Positions 8,403 through 18,867 of a stretch of DNA of 64,000 nt are shown here, in pieces (within the stretch, counting starts at the first letter, position 1; every line of letters starts with the position of its first letter). Source of the DNA: Candidatus Magasanikbacteria bacterium CG10_big_fil_rev_8_21_14_0_10_36_32 (GTDB lineage: Bacteria; Patescibacteriota; Patescibacteriia; Magasanikbacterales; GWA2-37-8); NCBI GenBank assembly GCA_002778465.1, contig PFBV01000003.1, forward strand, positions 303,766 through 367,765, written 5' to 3'. The notes under the pieces were generated by a model. The model was not told the origin of the DNA. It made no database searches and was given only the letters and a program-made list of their open reading frames with translations. The position numbers and the translations under genes are program-made.

Positions 8403-11288
8403 ATGACTAAAGCATTTCGTACAATTGTATTTTTTTTAGCGGCAGCGGCATTGTTGGCAACAGTCAGCATTGTTCAGGCGGCTACTTTTTCTTTAGAACC
8501 GGCTTCTGGAACTTTAATTAAAGGATGTCCGGCTTCTATTAATGTTAAATTAAATACTGGTAGCCAGTCGTCAAACGGCGCTCAAATTTATGTTGATTAT
8601 ACTGGTGTGAGCAGTGCCAACATGTCAGGCACGGGTTTATTTACGAGTTACGGTTTACCGCCGGGCTTGCCGGCCGGCACAGCTGGTTTGTATGGTTATG
8701 GAGGAGTGGTTTCTGGGGCATCTTTAAATTTTGGTCGCATTAATTTTACTGCTGGCGCACTGGGCACAGTTGGTTTAACTATTCGTTTTGGAGGCACAGA
8801 CAGTCTTGTTAGTAAAGTCGCAGCTTATCCTACCAGTGAAAATATACTTACCAGTGTTGTTTCTGGTTCATATACCATAGTCAATGGTTATTGTGAAACG
8901 GCTCCGCCGTATTTGGTTAATTTGATTCCGGCACCAGGAACGCCGAATCATCCGATTGATGAAAATATAAAGTTTGACATTAAAGATGATGGTTCCGGAG
9001 TGAATATATCTTCGTTGGTGGTTACGGTACAACAAAACGAAACAGATGTTCCTTTTAATATATCCACTGTTTTAAAAAGCACAACACAAGGTTGGTATTC
9101 AGTTGATATTGATCCGATTAATAACTTAATCCCAGAATTAAAAGTGGTTGTGACAGTAAATGTCTCAGATAATGCCGGCAATGCTTTATCCCGTTCCTAT
9201 TATTTTAATGATCTAACTTGCTCACAATTGGGTTGCGCGGTTGGGGGAGCGGTAGCTCAGTGTAATGATGGTATTGATAATGAGGGAGATGGAAGTGTTG
9301 ATTTTCCTAGCGATTCTGGTTGTGATAGTGTTGATGATAATAGTGAATATGTGTTGGGTGACATAGTTTGTACACAAGTTATTTCAACATCCACTTCGCC
9401 GGTTTGTCCATCACCGATTTGTGTTTCCGGCATATCGTCACAATGTAATGATGGTGTAGACAATGACAATGATAATTTGATTGACATGGCCGATCCAGGT
9501 TGTGATAGCGGAGATGATAACAATGAGTATGTTTTCGGTGAAGTTAAATGTCCAATTTGCCCATCTATAATTACCACTCCAACCATTACTCCTCCATTTA
9601 TTTCACCAACCACCACCCAACAGATTTTTGATGTGGGTGATTTAAAATTTTTCTTGGCTAGCCGAACAGTAGAAACAAAAGCCAGTAATTTAAGTGTGGT
9701 TGAAGATTTAGTGGGGATGAGTTTTGCGGTAGGAGCTAACATTAAAGATGTACAAGGTCCAATTACCGGAGTTTATTTAGTTTTGGGCGGAAAAACTTAT
9801 TCAATGTATTTTGATAATGGTTTAAAAATGTATGTCGCGGATGTGTTAGATTTAAACGAGGTGGAAATTTTAAACGGTATTGTTAGTGTTAAACATGGAA
9901 CCAATCAAGAAGATACCGCACAGTTTGTTTTATCTGTTTTAACATCAGGCATTGTTAGCAGTAAAGATCAAGATGGAAAAATCAATCCTTTGCCCGGTGC
10001 AACAGTTGTTTTAGAACAATTATCTTCTGCTAATAAATATATACAAATTAAAACAGCCATAACTAATAATCGCGGAGAATATGGATTTGTTTTGCCAAAT
10101 GGCAGTTATCGATTAAAAATTGATTCTGAAGGATATAAAAATCAAATTACCAGTGGTTTTACAATTACCAACCACATTATTAATCGGTTTTTCGTAATGT
10201 TCCCAAAGGTAGATTTGCTTTCGCCAGATGTTTCTTTGGGTGAGAAAATTACTTATATAGGAGATGTTGCGGGGGAGCAAACGAATAAAATTATTGAGAG
10301 TGTTAATGATCCAATAGTTGAACAAACAGCCAAAACAACCGTTGCCCCAATAGCTTTGGGCGCGGCCGTGGCAGCCACTGTTCCGGCTTTGTCATTTTTA
10401 AATTTAATTTCTTATTTAAGATTTTTATTTTTACAGCCAGTTTTCTTGTTTGGGCGCAAAAAAAGAAAGAAATGGGGAATTGTTTATAATGCGCTTACCA
10501 AAATGCCGATTGATTTGGCGTTGATTAGACTGTTAGATGTTAAGACAAACAAAGTAATTCAATCTCGTGTTACCGACACAGAAGGTCGTTATGCATTTTT
10601 TGTTGATCCCGGTTTGTACCGTCTTGAAGTGGTTAAACAAAGTTTGATGTTCCCGACTAAAATTTTACAGGATTTTAAAGAAGATACGACATTTTTGGAT
10701 ATTTATCATGGTGAGGCGATTCATGTGGATGAAAAATACACTGCCATTGCCGCTAACATCCCCATGGATCCGGTAGGTGTGGAAGAAAAAACACCACGTC
10801 GCATTATTTGGAGTCAGCGTTTGAGAGATTTACAAAGTTTTATTGCTTCATTGAGTATTGTTGCTGGTTTGGTTGCTTTAATAATTTCACCAACTTGGTG
10901 GACAATTGGATTATTTGTTTTCCAAATCGCAATTTATTATTTATTCAAACGTTTATCATCTGCTAAAAAACCAAAGAGTTGGGGTATTGTTTATGAAAAA
11001 ACGAATAATCAACCAGTCGACCGAGCGATGGCAAGATTATTTAGTAAGCAATTTAATAAATTAGTTGCTTCTGAATTGACTGATAATAACGGTCGTTATG
11101 CTTTCATGGTTGGACCAAATGATTATTATATAACTTTTGAAAAAACAGGTTACCAGAAAAAAACTACACCTGATATTAAAATTAAAGAACGGAATGAAAT
11201 TATTAAAGTCAATGTTGCTATGGATCGAGATGAATCATCAAAACCAATTTCAACCACTTCTAATCCTGTTCCGCCGGTTAAAAATTAA
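8403..11288 (+). CDS. Large membrane-anchored surface protein: cohesin-like N-terminus, Ca-binding Cys/Asp repeats, carboxypeptidase-regulatory-like domains
   Basis: AATFSLEPASG..INVKLNTG (cohesin-like); two QCNDGxDNxxDxxxDxxxDxGC repeats; TDxxGRYxF repeats; internal TM helices. Confidence 0.65.
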   Translation: MTKAFRTIVFFLAAAALLATVSIVQAATFSLEPASGTLIKGCPASINVKLNTGSQSSNGAQIYVDYTGVSSANMSGTGLFTSYGLPPGLPAGTAGLYGYGGVVSGASLNFGRINFTAGALGTVGLTIRFGGTDSLVSKVAAYPTSENILTSVVSGSYTIVNGYCETAPPYLVNLIPAPGTPNHPIDENIKFDIKDDGSGVNISSLVVTVQQNETDVPFNISTVLKSTTQGWYSVDIDPINNLIPELKVVVTVNVSDNAGNALSRSYYFNDLTCSQLGCAVGGAVAQCNDGIDNEGDGSVDFPSDSGCDSVDDNSEYVLGDIVCTQVISTSTSPVCPSPICVSGISSQCNDGVDNDNDNLIDMADPGCDSGDDNNEYVFGEVKCPICPSIITTPTITPPFISPTTTQQIFDVGDLKFFLASRTVETKASNLSVVEDLVGMSFAVGANIKDVQGPITGVYLVLGGKTYSMYFDNGLKMYVADVLDLNEVEILNGIVSVKHGTNQEDTAQFVLSVLTSGIVSSKDQDGKINPLPGATVVLEQLSSANKYIQIKTAITNNRGEYGFVLPNGSYRLKIDSEGYKNQITSGFTITNHIINRFFVMFPKVDLLSPDVSLGEKITYIGDVAGEQTNKIIESVNDPIVEQTAKTTVAPIALGAAVAATVPALSFLNLISYLRFLFLQPVFLFGRKKRKKWGIVYNALTKMPIDLALIRLLDVKTNKVIQSRVTDTEGRYAFFVDPGLYRLEVVKQSLMFPTKILQDFKEDTTFLDIYHGEAIHVDEKYTAIAANIPMDPVGVEEKTPRRIIWSQRLRDLQSFIASLSIVAGLVALIISPTWWTIGLFVFQIAIYYLFKRLSSAKKPKSWGIVYEKTNNQPVDRAMARLFSKQFNKLVASELTDNNGRYAFMVGPNDYYITFEKTGYQKKTTPDIKIKERNEIIKVNVAMDRDESSKPISTTSNPVPPVKN

Positions 11289-11344
11289 ATTTTCTTAGTT
11301 TAAATTTTAAATTGGTTATCTGATTAAAAGATTAAAATTAATTT

Positions 11345-12088
11345 ATGGACATATTGCGGCATCAGCAAGAAATTATTCGCAATCAGGGTTTGTTGGCAAA
11401 AAAACCTATTTTACAGAAAATCTATCGTGATTTTTATGTAGAAATTGCCAAACATGTATCTAATCTGCCGGATAAAAAAATAGTTGAATTAGGTTCTGGA
11501 ATTGGCAATATTAAAGAAATTATTCCAAATTGTCTTCGGACGGATTTGTTTCCTAATCCATGGCTTGATCAAACCGAAAATGCTTATCGGCTTAGTTTTG
11601 ACGATGAAACTGTAAGCGACCTTATTTTATTTGATGTATTTCATCACTTGCGTTATCCGGGCACGGCCTTGAAAGAATTTGAGCGGGTTTTGCGTCCTAA
11701 CGGACGGGTAATTATTTTTGATCCATATATTAGTTTGTTGGGTAGAATTGTTTATGGTTTTTTTCATTCGGAACCGATTGCCTGGAGAAATAAAATCGTT
11801 TGGAATGCATCAGAAAATTGGAATGCCGAACAGATTGATTATTATGCCGCTCAAGGTAATGTTACACGTATTTTTTTTGGAAATAAATTTCAAACATTAT
11901 TACAAAATTGGAGTGTAATTTCTCGGTCGCGTTTGTCAGCCTTTTCTTATGTTGCCAGTGGGGGCTATTCGGGACCTCAAATATATCCGAATTGTTTATA
12001 TCCGTTAGCGCATTCATTTGATAAAGTTTTTGATTTTTTACCGGCTGTATTTGCTACTCGAGCATTAGTTGTTTTGAAGAAAAAATAG
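11345..12088 (+). CDS. Class I SAM-dependent methyltransferase
   Basis: VELGSGIG motif I, DVFHHL, RVLRPNG. Confidence 0.85.
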   Translation: MDILRHQQEIIRNQGLLAKKPILQKIYRDFYVEIAKHVSNLPDKKIVELGSGIGNIKEIIPNCLRTDLFPNPWLDQTENAYRLSFDDETVSDLILFDVFHHLRYPGTALKEFERVLRPNGRVIIFDPYISLLGRIVYGFFHSEPIAWRNKIVWNASENWNAEQIDYYAAQGNVTRIFFGNKFQTLLQNWSVISRSRLSAFSYVASGGYSGPQIYPNCLYPLAHSFDKVFDFLPAVFATRALVVLKKK

Positions 12089-12160
12089 AAATATTTTTTA
12101 AATTTTAAAAAAGACGCTTGACAATAATTTTTTTTTCAGGCATAATAATTTTTGTTTTAA

Positions 12161-12237
12161 GGGCCTTTAGCTCAGCTGGCTAGAGCGCTTCCATGGCATG
12201 GAAGAGGTCAAGGGTTCAAATCCCTTAAGGTCCACCA
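12161..12237 (+). tRNA. tRNA-Ala(GGC)
   Basis: G3:U70, anticodon arm CTTCC-ATGGCAT-GGAAG, encoded CCA. Confidence 0.95.
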
Positions 12238-12279
12238 AAGAATTCTTTAAACAGGAATTCTTTTATTATATATTAGTTC

Positions 12280-12341
12280 TTGACATTTTTTATAAAAATT
12301 GTTAAGTTTTAAACAGTTCTTTAAACAAAAAAATCAAGGAG
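12280..12341 (+). promoter_or_regulatory. Sigma70 promoter, boxA-like motif and SD
   Basis: TTGACA 12280, 17-nt spacer, TGtTAAGTT; GTTCTTTAAACA 12316-12327; AAGGAG 12336. Confidence 0.7.
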
Positions 12342-12346
12342 ATAAC

Positions 12347-13066
12347 ATGCCTAAAAAATACTTGGGTTGCGTAGTTTTTGATGGTGACAATACACTTTGG
12401 TATAATAGTCATAAATACAACGAACCAGCGCTCAAATGTGCGGAAATCATTTGTAAAGAATTCAAGGAAGAATCTCCATATTATTTGGATATTCTTAAAA
12501 GGTTTGATGAAATTGATCAGGCCGGTGTCAAACAGTTTGGTTTCGGAAAGGAAAGGTTTCCTTCTAGCTGGGTACAAACCTACCAAGAATTTTGCCAGAA
12601 GGTTGGTAAAATTCCTTTGCGACGGACAGAAAAGCTTCTGTATATAGAAGCAAGTAAATTTTGGCAACCGCCATTTCCGATGAAGAAGAAGGCGCGAATG
12701 GTTTTGCGGAAACTTAAGGCCCTCGGTTTTTATTTGGTACTGCTCACTGGCGGAGACCCAGAAGTTCAGCAAATGAAGATACAAGCCAACGATATTAAGA
12801 AATATTTTAATGAAATAAAAATCGTTGGTACTGATAAGACCAAAGAGTTGGAAAGTCTGGCTTCCCAGTTCGGTTATAACAATGTTTGGATGGTGGGTGA
12901 TTCTAAGAAGTCAGACATATCAAAAGCCATTAAAGCCAAAGTTAAAGCATTTTATATTCCTAGTGTCAACTGGGATTATGAAAATTGGGTTTGTAACGAC
13001 CCCGAGACTTATTGCAGATTTGTTATTGAATTGAAGGACATCAAGGAAATTTTAGCTTATTTTTAG
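12347..13066 (+). CDS. HAD-superfamily hydrolase
   Basis: FDGDNTL motif I, LLTGGD, MVGDSKKSDI motif IV; start placed at the SD-preceded ATG 12347. Confidence 0.88.
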   Translation: MPKKYLGCVVFDGDNTLWYNSHKYNEPALKCAEIICKEFKEESPYYLDILKRFDEIDQAGVKQFGFGKERFPSSWVQTYQEFCQKVGKIPLRRTEKLLYIEASKFWQPPFPMKKKARMVLRKLKALGFYLVLLTGGDPEVQQMKIQANDIKKYFNEIKIVGTDKTKELESLASQFGYNNVWMVGDSKKSDISKAIKAKVKAFYIPSVNWDYENWVCNDPETYCRFVIELKDIKEILAYF

Positions 13067-13081
13067 CAAAAAAGTTCATTT

Positions 13082-13115
13082 GCCCCGGCTTTTAGCCGGG
13101 GTTTTTATTTTTTTA
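13082..13115 (+). terminator. Intrinsic terminator
   Basis: CCCCGGCT-TTT-AGCCGGGG plus T-tract. Confidence 0.85.
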
Positions 13116-13217
13116 TCAGATTAGCCTTGAAAAAAAAAATTAGATAGGTTAATATTAGATAAATTAAAAAATAAATATTTGTATTCTTATTTTTGATTTT
13201 TGAATTTATTATTTTTT

Positions 13218-14294
13218 ATGTCATTATCAATTGGAATTGTCGGTTTACCAAATGTCGGCAAATCAACATTGTTTAATGCTTTAACCAGAAGCAAGCAAGC
13301 TAATGCGCAGAATTATCCTTTTTGTACTATTGATCCCAATGTTGGTGTGGTTGAAGTCCCCGATGATCGGCTGATAAAGTTAGCCGAGGTTTCAAAGTCA
13401 CAAAAAATTATTCCAACCACAATAAAATTTGTTGATATTGCTGGTTTAGTAGCGGGAGCTTCGAAAGGAGAAGGTTTGGGAAATCAATTTTTGTCCCATA
13501 TTCGTGAAGTAGATGCTATTGTGCAGGTAGTTCGGGCTTTTAAAGATAGTAATGTTATTCACGTCAACAACCGTGTTGATCCAAAAGACGACGCAGCGGT
13601 TATAAATTTAGAATTGGTTTTAGCTGATTTACAAACTGTGACAAAAAGATTAGAAACTGTTAAAAAGAATGCCAAGGGATTGGCGGTCAAAGATTCAAAA
13701 AAAACCATTGAATTATTAGATAAGATTTATAATCAACTGGAATCAGGGCGTCTGGCTAGAAGTTTGGAATATACCCAGGAAGAATTAGTTAATTTGGAAG
13801 ATTTACATTTGTTGACAATGAAGCCAATGTTGTATGTGATTAATGTGGATGAAAAATCGGAAGAAGAAATGTTAGAGCAAGTTTCTCCAGATGCCAGTCA
13901 AATAGTTATTTGCGCCAAATTGGAAGAAGAATTGGCTGAATTATCATCAGAAGAAGCTGTTGCTTATTTAAAAGAATTAGGAATTAAAGAATCAGGATTA
14001 GATAAATTAATTAAATCAGGTTACAAACTTTTAAATTTAATAACTTTTTTAACTAGTGGTGAACCAGAAACACGAGCTTGGACCGTTCGTTGTGGAGCAA
14101 AGGCGCCGGAAGCGGCTGGAGTAATTCATACGGATTTTGTTAAGGGGTTTATCAAGGCTGACGTGGTTAATTGTGAGGATTTTATTACTTGTGGCGGTTG
14201 GAACAAAATAAAAGAAACCGGCAAGATGCGGATGGAAGGAAAAGATTATGTGGTAAGAGACGGGGATGTGGTTTATTTTCATGTTAGTACGTAA
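13218..14294 (+). CDS. ychF: Redox-regulated ATPase YchF
   Basis: [43 protein letters not shown]-terminal TGS domain. Confidence 0.97.
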   Translation: MSLSIGIVGLPNVGKSTLFNALTRSKQANAQNYPFCTIDPNVGVVEVPDDRLIKLAEVSKSQKIIPTTIKFVDIAGLVAGASKGEGLGNQFLSHIREVDAIVQVVRAFKDSNVIHVNNRVDPKDDAAVINLELVLADLQTVTKRLETVKKNAKGLAVKDSKKTIELLDKIYNQLESGRLARSLEYTQEELVNLEDLHLLTMKPMLYVINVDEKSEEEMLEQVSPDASQIVICAKLEEELAELSSEEAVAYLKELGIKESGLDKLIKSGYKLLNLITFLTSGEPETRAWTVRCGAKAPEAAGVIHTDFVKGFIKADVVNCEDFITCGGWNKIKETGKMRMEGKDYVVRDGDVVYFHVST

Positions 14295-14328
14295 AACAAT
14301 TGTATTTAATTTTTTTAAATTAATCATT

Positions 14329-14351
14329 AAAAGGCCACGTGGCCTTTTTTT
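14329..14351 (+). terminator. Terminator after ychF
   Basis: AAAAGGCC-ACGT-GGCCTTTTTTT. Confidence 0.7.
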
Positions 14352-14363
14352 GATTTTATACCC

Positions 14364-14456
14364 TTGATATTTTGTTTAAAATTTGCTATAGTTTATAGTG
14401 TTCTTTACAAAACAATAAAATTGTATCAATAAGAGAAACAGACCAAACGGACGGAG
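14364..14456 (+). promoter_or_regulatory. Sigma70 promoter, boxA-like motif and SD
   Basis: TTGATA 14364, 17-nt spacer, TGcTATAGT; TGTTCTTTACAA 14399-14410; GGAG 14453. Confidence 0.7.
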
Positions 14457-14463
14457 ACATAAA

Positions 14464-15051
14464 ATGTCCCATAATCAAAAATTAAATAAAAATTCTGTCT
14501 GGGTTAAGGAATGGATTAAATTTTATAAAGAAATTTTTGGCTTGGCTATTAATGTTTCAAACATTTTTATTCCGCCCAAAATCAAAGGTTTCAACCGACC
14601 AATGATTATTGCTCGTGAGATTGGTGATTCTCCGTTGGAAATGACAATGGTTACTTGTCAAAGATTATTTTCTTACATCAGTTATATTGGTGATAATCCA
14701 GATGAACTAATTTCAGTTACTAATCGTAACCCGCGATATAAAGGTTCCTATGCCATTCGTGTTCGTGACGGAATAGAAGCTGATGAGGAGAACAAAAATC
14801 TTTCGGCTGATGATATTAGATCTCAAAGTATGATTACAATGACTTTGTTGGAACGCATTATTTTAGAGTTGTTTTATTTTTGGAAGACAGGACAACATCT
14901 AGATAATCAACATTGGACTCTTTGTTCCGGCCCACGCAACAAGGCAGGGCAAATTCCATGCTGTTATTGGTACAAAAATATATTTTGGATATTTTGGTAT
15001 AATTCTGCCAATGCAATTGGCGATTTTCGCGCTCGTTCCGTGATTGTTTAA
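14464..15051 (+). CDS. DGR target-like protein, family A, AT-rich copy
   Basis: Shares FYKE.FGL, GSY.IRVRD..EADEENKNLSAD, TLLERI.LELF.FWKTG.HLD and TLCSG with 2593..3324. Confidence 0.7.
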   Translation: MSHNQKLNKNSVWVKEWIKFYKEIFGLAINVSNIFIPPKIKGFNRPMIIAREIGDSPLEMTMVTCQRLFSYISYIGDNPDELISVTNRNPRYKGSYAIRVRDGIEADEENKNLSADDIRSQSMITMTLLERIILELFYFWKTGQHLDNQHWTLCSGPRNKAGQIPCCYWYKNIFWIFWYNSANAIGDFRARSVIV

Positions 15052-15072
15052 TTTTCTAATTTGTTCTTTTTT

Positions 15073-15101
15073 CACCCGCCCCAAAGGGCGGGTGTTTTTA
15101 T
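15073..15101 (+). terminator. Intrinsic terminator
   Basis: CACCCGCCC-CAAA-GGGCGGGTG plus T-tract. Confidence 0.85.
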
Positions 15102-15141
15102 TAAAACAAAAAAACTCGCAGGAAAGCGAGTTTTTATAATT

Positions 15142-16308
15142 TTAATTTTTTTTAAATTTCCAAATTTCTCGACCAAGATGTTGATTGTCGCGCCAATAAA
15201 GCAGAGAGAAATATTTTTCATTTTTAAACTTAATTAATGATTCGGTTGAAAAACCAATTTTTTCAATTTCTTTTTGACAATCAATTTTAATCCATTCATT
15301 TCTAAATTTAAATCGGGGAATGATAAAAATTATTGTTCCGTTTTGTTTTAATATTTTTTTAAAAATTTCAAAAGCTGATAAATATATTTTTTTCAGTTCA
15401 TCCGTTTGTTTTTCTAAAATTTGTTTTACCTCATTTCCTCGAAGAGGTTGTCCCAAGTACGGTTCGGTAACAATTGTGTCTACCGAGGCTGGCTTAATAT
15501 GCTTAGTCAAATCATTAACATCAGCCACAAAGATTTTTGTTTCATTATTTGGTTTTAACCAAGCGATATTTTTATGTGTATCAATTATGGCTTGATTTGA
15601 GATATCTGAGCCGATAATTTTTTTGTAATCCATTAACAACGCCTCAGTAACAATTGTTCCTGAACCGCAAAACGGATCTAGAAGTGTTTTGTTAGCAGAC
15701 ATATTTGATAAATTAATCAGCATCATTGCTAGTTTGGGAGGTAACATTCCACTGCGACTGTTACGACCTGGTCGTCCAAAATCTCGCCGTCCAAGCTCTT
15801 CAAACGGCTGAACCGTTAGGGTTTTAGCAATAGAATAAAGATTGTCGGTATTTTTAATTATCAAAAATTCAGCACCTTTTTCTATTAAATTATTTTTATC
15901 TACTGTTACTGATGATAAAACCGATTCATTTTTAAAGACAAAACGAACGGATCGTCCGACCGCAGTCATTTCTTTTTTTATTTCTTTCGCCCAATTTTTT
16001 ATTTTATTTAAGTCTATGTTGCCGTAAACACTTAGTCCGAAATGAATTTTGCCTGTTTTTTCTAATAATTCTGCGATCGCTGTTTCTAACATTTGTTTTT
16101 CGGTCAGTTTAGATTTTAATTCTTGTCCAATTTTGATTGTACCACCAATTTGTTTAATAATTTTTTTTGCTTCAAAATTTTCCCGTACCTTTAATATGGG
16201 AGTTTCCAATTGCCATTTACTTGTTTGTTCGGACAAAGACAAAACCGCCAAAACCTCGGCGGCTGAAAGAATGGGAAAATTTCCCAAAATAAACCAGTGT
16301 GTCATCAT
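15142..16308 (-). CDS. TRM11/UPF0020-like RNA methyltransferase
   Basis: GMLPPKLA, LLDPFCGSGT, IVTEPYLG. Confidence 0.8.
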   Translation of the reverse strand: MMTHWFILGNFPILSAAEVLAVLSLSEQTSKWQLETPILKVRENFEAKKIIKQIGGTIKIGQELKSKLTEKQMLETAIAELLEKTGKIHFGLSVYGNIDLNKIKNWAKEIKKEMTAVGRSVRFVFKNESVLSSVTVDKNNLIEKGAEFLIIKNTDNLYSIAKTLTVQPFEELGRRDFGRPGRNSRSGMLPPKLAMMLINLSNMSANKTLLDPFCGSGTIVTEALLMDYKKIIGSDISNQAIIDTHKNIAWLKPNNETKIFVADVNDLTKHIKPASVDTIVTEPYLGQPLRGNEVKQILEKQTDELKKIYLSAFEIFKKILKQNGTIIFIIPRFKFRNEWIKIDCQKEIEKIGFSTESLIKFKNEKYFSLLYWRDNQHLGREIWKFKKN

Positions 16309-16667
16309 AGTTTTTCTCCTGTTTTAGACTGTATTTGTTCCCCGCCAAGGAAAGCGTTAAACAAGAAAGGGTTGCGCAACGGTTTTGGTAATTGAACAGC
16401 TTTTTGTTTGTAAGTAATAATCATCTCAGCTTTTTGAAAAGATTCAATGTCGACATTATCAATTACAATACCTGTTTTTGTCAACATTATTTCACTGGTG
16501 GTGTTTAAGATTTCACTGGTTTCATCAAATTTCTTTAAGGCATAAATATTAGCCCCAATCAGCATGGCTATCAAAATTATAATAATTATTATTTCCCAAA
16601 TAAAATATTCGCACCGTTTTTTTATCCAGGATCCAATATTAATTTTTAAAAAATTATTGAATTGCAT
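16305..16667 (-). CDS. Single-TM protein in the pil operon (PilP position)
   Basis: One TM and an RNPF motif; overlaps its neighbours in the operon. Confidence 0.55.
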   Translation of the reverse strand: MQFNNFLKINIGSWIKKRCEYFIWEIIIIIILIAMLIGANIYALKKFDETSEILNTTSEIMLTKTGIVIDNVDIESFQKAEMIITYKQKAVQLPKPLRNPFLFNAFLGGEQIQSKTGEKL

Positions 16668-17196
16668 ATAAATTAATATGTATCCTTAAATTAACAGGTG
16701 AAGACAATCCCATTTCTTTAGTTGGTTCTCCTGTTGGATAAAGTTCAAGATTTTCTACTGATAGAAAATAAGGGTGACGTTCCACGGCCAGAAGATATTT
16801 TAGCGCATTTTCATATGTGCCGCTAATATCCAATGTCATTTGAAGCGAATCGCCGGAAGCGCTGTCTAGGTTTGAATTAATGATGTTTTGTGAGACATTA
16901 TTTTTTAGGGCAATATTTTCTAAATCAGTAATTAATTGAAGTTCATTGCCTTTTTTAAATAAGAACGAATTATATTGTTCTACTTTTTTTTGTGTATCGC
17001 GAATTTTTGCTAGGGCCGAGCGCAAATCCTCATTTCGGCAACTTTTGTTTTCTAAAGATAATAAAAATTCATTAATTTGTTTTTCCGTGTTTTTTATTTT
17101 TAAATTTAGTAAAACTATGCCAATTATTAGTAAGACAACCACTGTCACAAGTGACAAAAGAGTGATTAATATTTTTTTTCTGATATTTGTTTTCAT
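16654..17196 (-). CDS. pilO: Type IV pilus assembly protein PilO-like
   Basis: N-terminal TM, coiled coil, ISGTYENALKYL..E..PYFL; downstream of pilM/pilN. Confidence 0.75.
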   Translation of the reverse strand: MKTNIRKKILITLLSLVTVVVLLIIGIVLLNLKIKNTEKQINEFLLSLENKSCRNEDLRSALAKIRDTQKKVEQYNSFLFKKGNELQLITDLENIALKNNVSQNIINSNLDSASGDSLQMTLDISGTYENALKYLLAVERHPYFLSVENLELYPTGEPTKEMGLSSPVNLRIHINLYAIQ

Positions 17197-17198
17197 AT

Positions 17199-17753
17199 TT
17201 ACTGGCAGTTTTCTTCAATTTTTGGCAATGTAATTTTTAATTTGATTTGAAAAGGCACATCCTTTTTTTGTAATAATTGAGATTTGGGTAAGTCAATATT
17301 TTCTACCCAAGTAGTTTTTTTAAGAATTTGTTCATAGTTTAACAGCGCTTCTCTGGTTAGGGCGGTGCCAGGTAATGCTAATTCAGTGCTGGTTAAATTT
17401 AAAGTTATATATTTAAGTTGAATGTCCGGCGGGGTGGTATTGATAATTTCTAAAAGCCGCGGGGTTAGTAAACTGAATTGTCCACCGGCCAAGTTAATGT
17501 TTTTGATTTTTGTATTGATTTCTAAAACGCGATGATTATAAGTTCCGTGTCCACTGCCAATTAATGAGGAATTACCGACTAAATTATTTAGTTGTTCAGA
17601 CAATAGGAGATTAATTAGCGGTAAGAACAATAACAGCAAAATAAGAATTAAGGCGGCATAAATCAAAAGAGTTTTTAAAACACCTAATCGCGCAAAAAGG
17701 CATATTTCTTTTTTTCTGGATTCCGAAAGTAAATTGAGATTTAATATCATCAT
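17199..17753 (-). CDS. pilN: Type IV pilus assembly protein PilN-like
   Basis: LNLNLL N-terminal motif, TM, PPDIQL...GTALTRE. Confidence 0.78.
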   Translation of the reverse strand: MMILNLNLLSESRKKEICLFARLGVLKTLLIYAALILILLLLFLPLINLLLSEQLNNLVGNSSLIGSGHGTYNHRVLEINTKIKNINLAGGQFSLLTPRLLEIINTTPPDIQLKYITLNLTSTELALPGTALTREALLNYEQILKKTTWVENIDLPKSQLLQKKDVPFQIKLKITLPKIEENCQ

Positions 17754-17759
17754 AATTTT

Positions 17760-18863
17760 TTATCCCTTTTTAAACCAACCGGCTTCGGTGGCGCGTAAGG
17801 CCAATCCGATGGCCGCGGCAAAGGGCAGTCCTTTAACTCGGTCATCTTCATTAAATTTTTTATTAAATAAATTTTTCCAAGCATTGCCGGGCGCCGTCTC
17901 AACCCGTAATTTTTTGCTTAGCAGTTTGTCTAAATTTTTCATAGCGGATAACCCGCCTGACATAGTAATGTGAGTTACCGGGTTAGGATTGTTAAAATGA
18001 TTTTTATAAAAAATTAAAATATTTTTTATTTCTTCAATTAAATTATCAATCGCGTCGTTTACGACTTTTAAATAAAGAGGGTGATTTAAATCATAAGTTA
18101 ATCCATTTTTATCTTTTAGTTTTGTGGCGGTTTCACGATCAATTTTAAGCCGTTGAGTAAGGGTTGTGTCTATTAAGTCACCGCAAACATTAATTAAAGA
18201 GCTGAATTGTATACTACCCTTATCATAAATTATAATGCTGGAACGGGAAGACCCGATGTCTAAAATTGCTCGAGCTTCATTTTGATAAGTTTTTTTTGCG
18301 GTAATCATAGAGCGGGCAATTGATAGATCTTCAATTTCTAGAGCTAAAGGATAAAGTCCAGCGTCTTCAATTACAGACAGATAAGAATCGGCAATATTTT
18401 TTGGTGCGGCACCGATTAATACTTTTGTAAAACCGTTTGGTTTTTCGTTATCAGTAATTATTTGCCAATCAATAGCCACATCTTTTGTGTCAAAAGGCAA
18501 ATGTTTGGCTGCTTCAAAATATACGGCTTCAGTGGTGATTAATTCTGGTTGAGATTTAATGCGAATTAATTTAAGAAAAGTTTTGGAAACAGGTAAATTT
18601 ACCACTACCCAAGGAGATTTGATTGGTTTTTTTCCACCCTCCTTAGAAATTAGCAGTTTAATTTTTTGACTGACTAGCTCTTTTTGTTGAATTTCTCCAT
18701 TAGCAATACAACCGGTCGGCAATGAAGTTTTTCTTATATCAACCACATCAAAATAATCACCATTTTTTGGGTGCCATTTTTTTTGAAGGCGCACCAGTTT
18801 AATTACTGAATCGCACAAATGCAGACCAAAAGCGCCAGAGAATGGATTTTGTAAAAAAGGCAT
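17760..18863 (-). CDS. pilM: Type IV pilus assembly protein PilM
   Basis: Actin-like fold: EAAKHLPF, ILDIGSS, MSGGLS, AAAIGLALR. Confidence 0.9.
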   Translation of the reverse strand: MPFLQNPFSGAFGLHLCDSVIKLVRLQKKWHPKNGDYFDVVDIRKTSLPTGCIANGEIQQKELVSQKIKLLISKEGGKKPIKSPWVVVNLPVSKTFLKLIRIKSQPELITTEAVYFEAAKHLPFDTKDVAIDWQIITDNEKPNGFTKVLIGAAPKNIADSYLSVIEDAGLYPLALEIEDLSIARSMITAKKTYQNEARAILDIGSSRSSIIIYDKGSIQFSSLINVCGDLIDTTLTQRLKIDRETATKLKDKNGLTYDLNHPLYLKVVNDAIDNLIEEIKNILIFYKNHFNNPNPVTHITMSGGLSAMKNLDKLLSKKLRVETAPGNAWKNLFNKKFNEDDRVKGLPFAAAIGLALRATEAGWFKKG

Positions 18864-18867
18864 AAAA

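Noticed and set aside
7463-11288. Cellulosome
   Set aside because: Only single cohesin-like and dockerin-like modules are present, with no catalytic carbohydrate-active domains.
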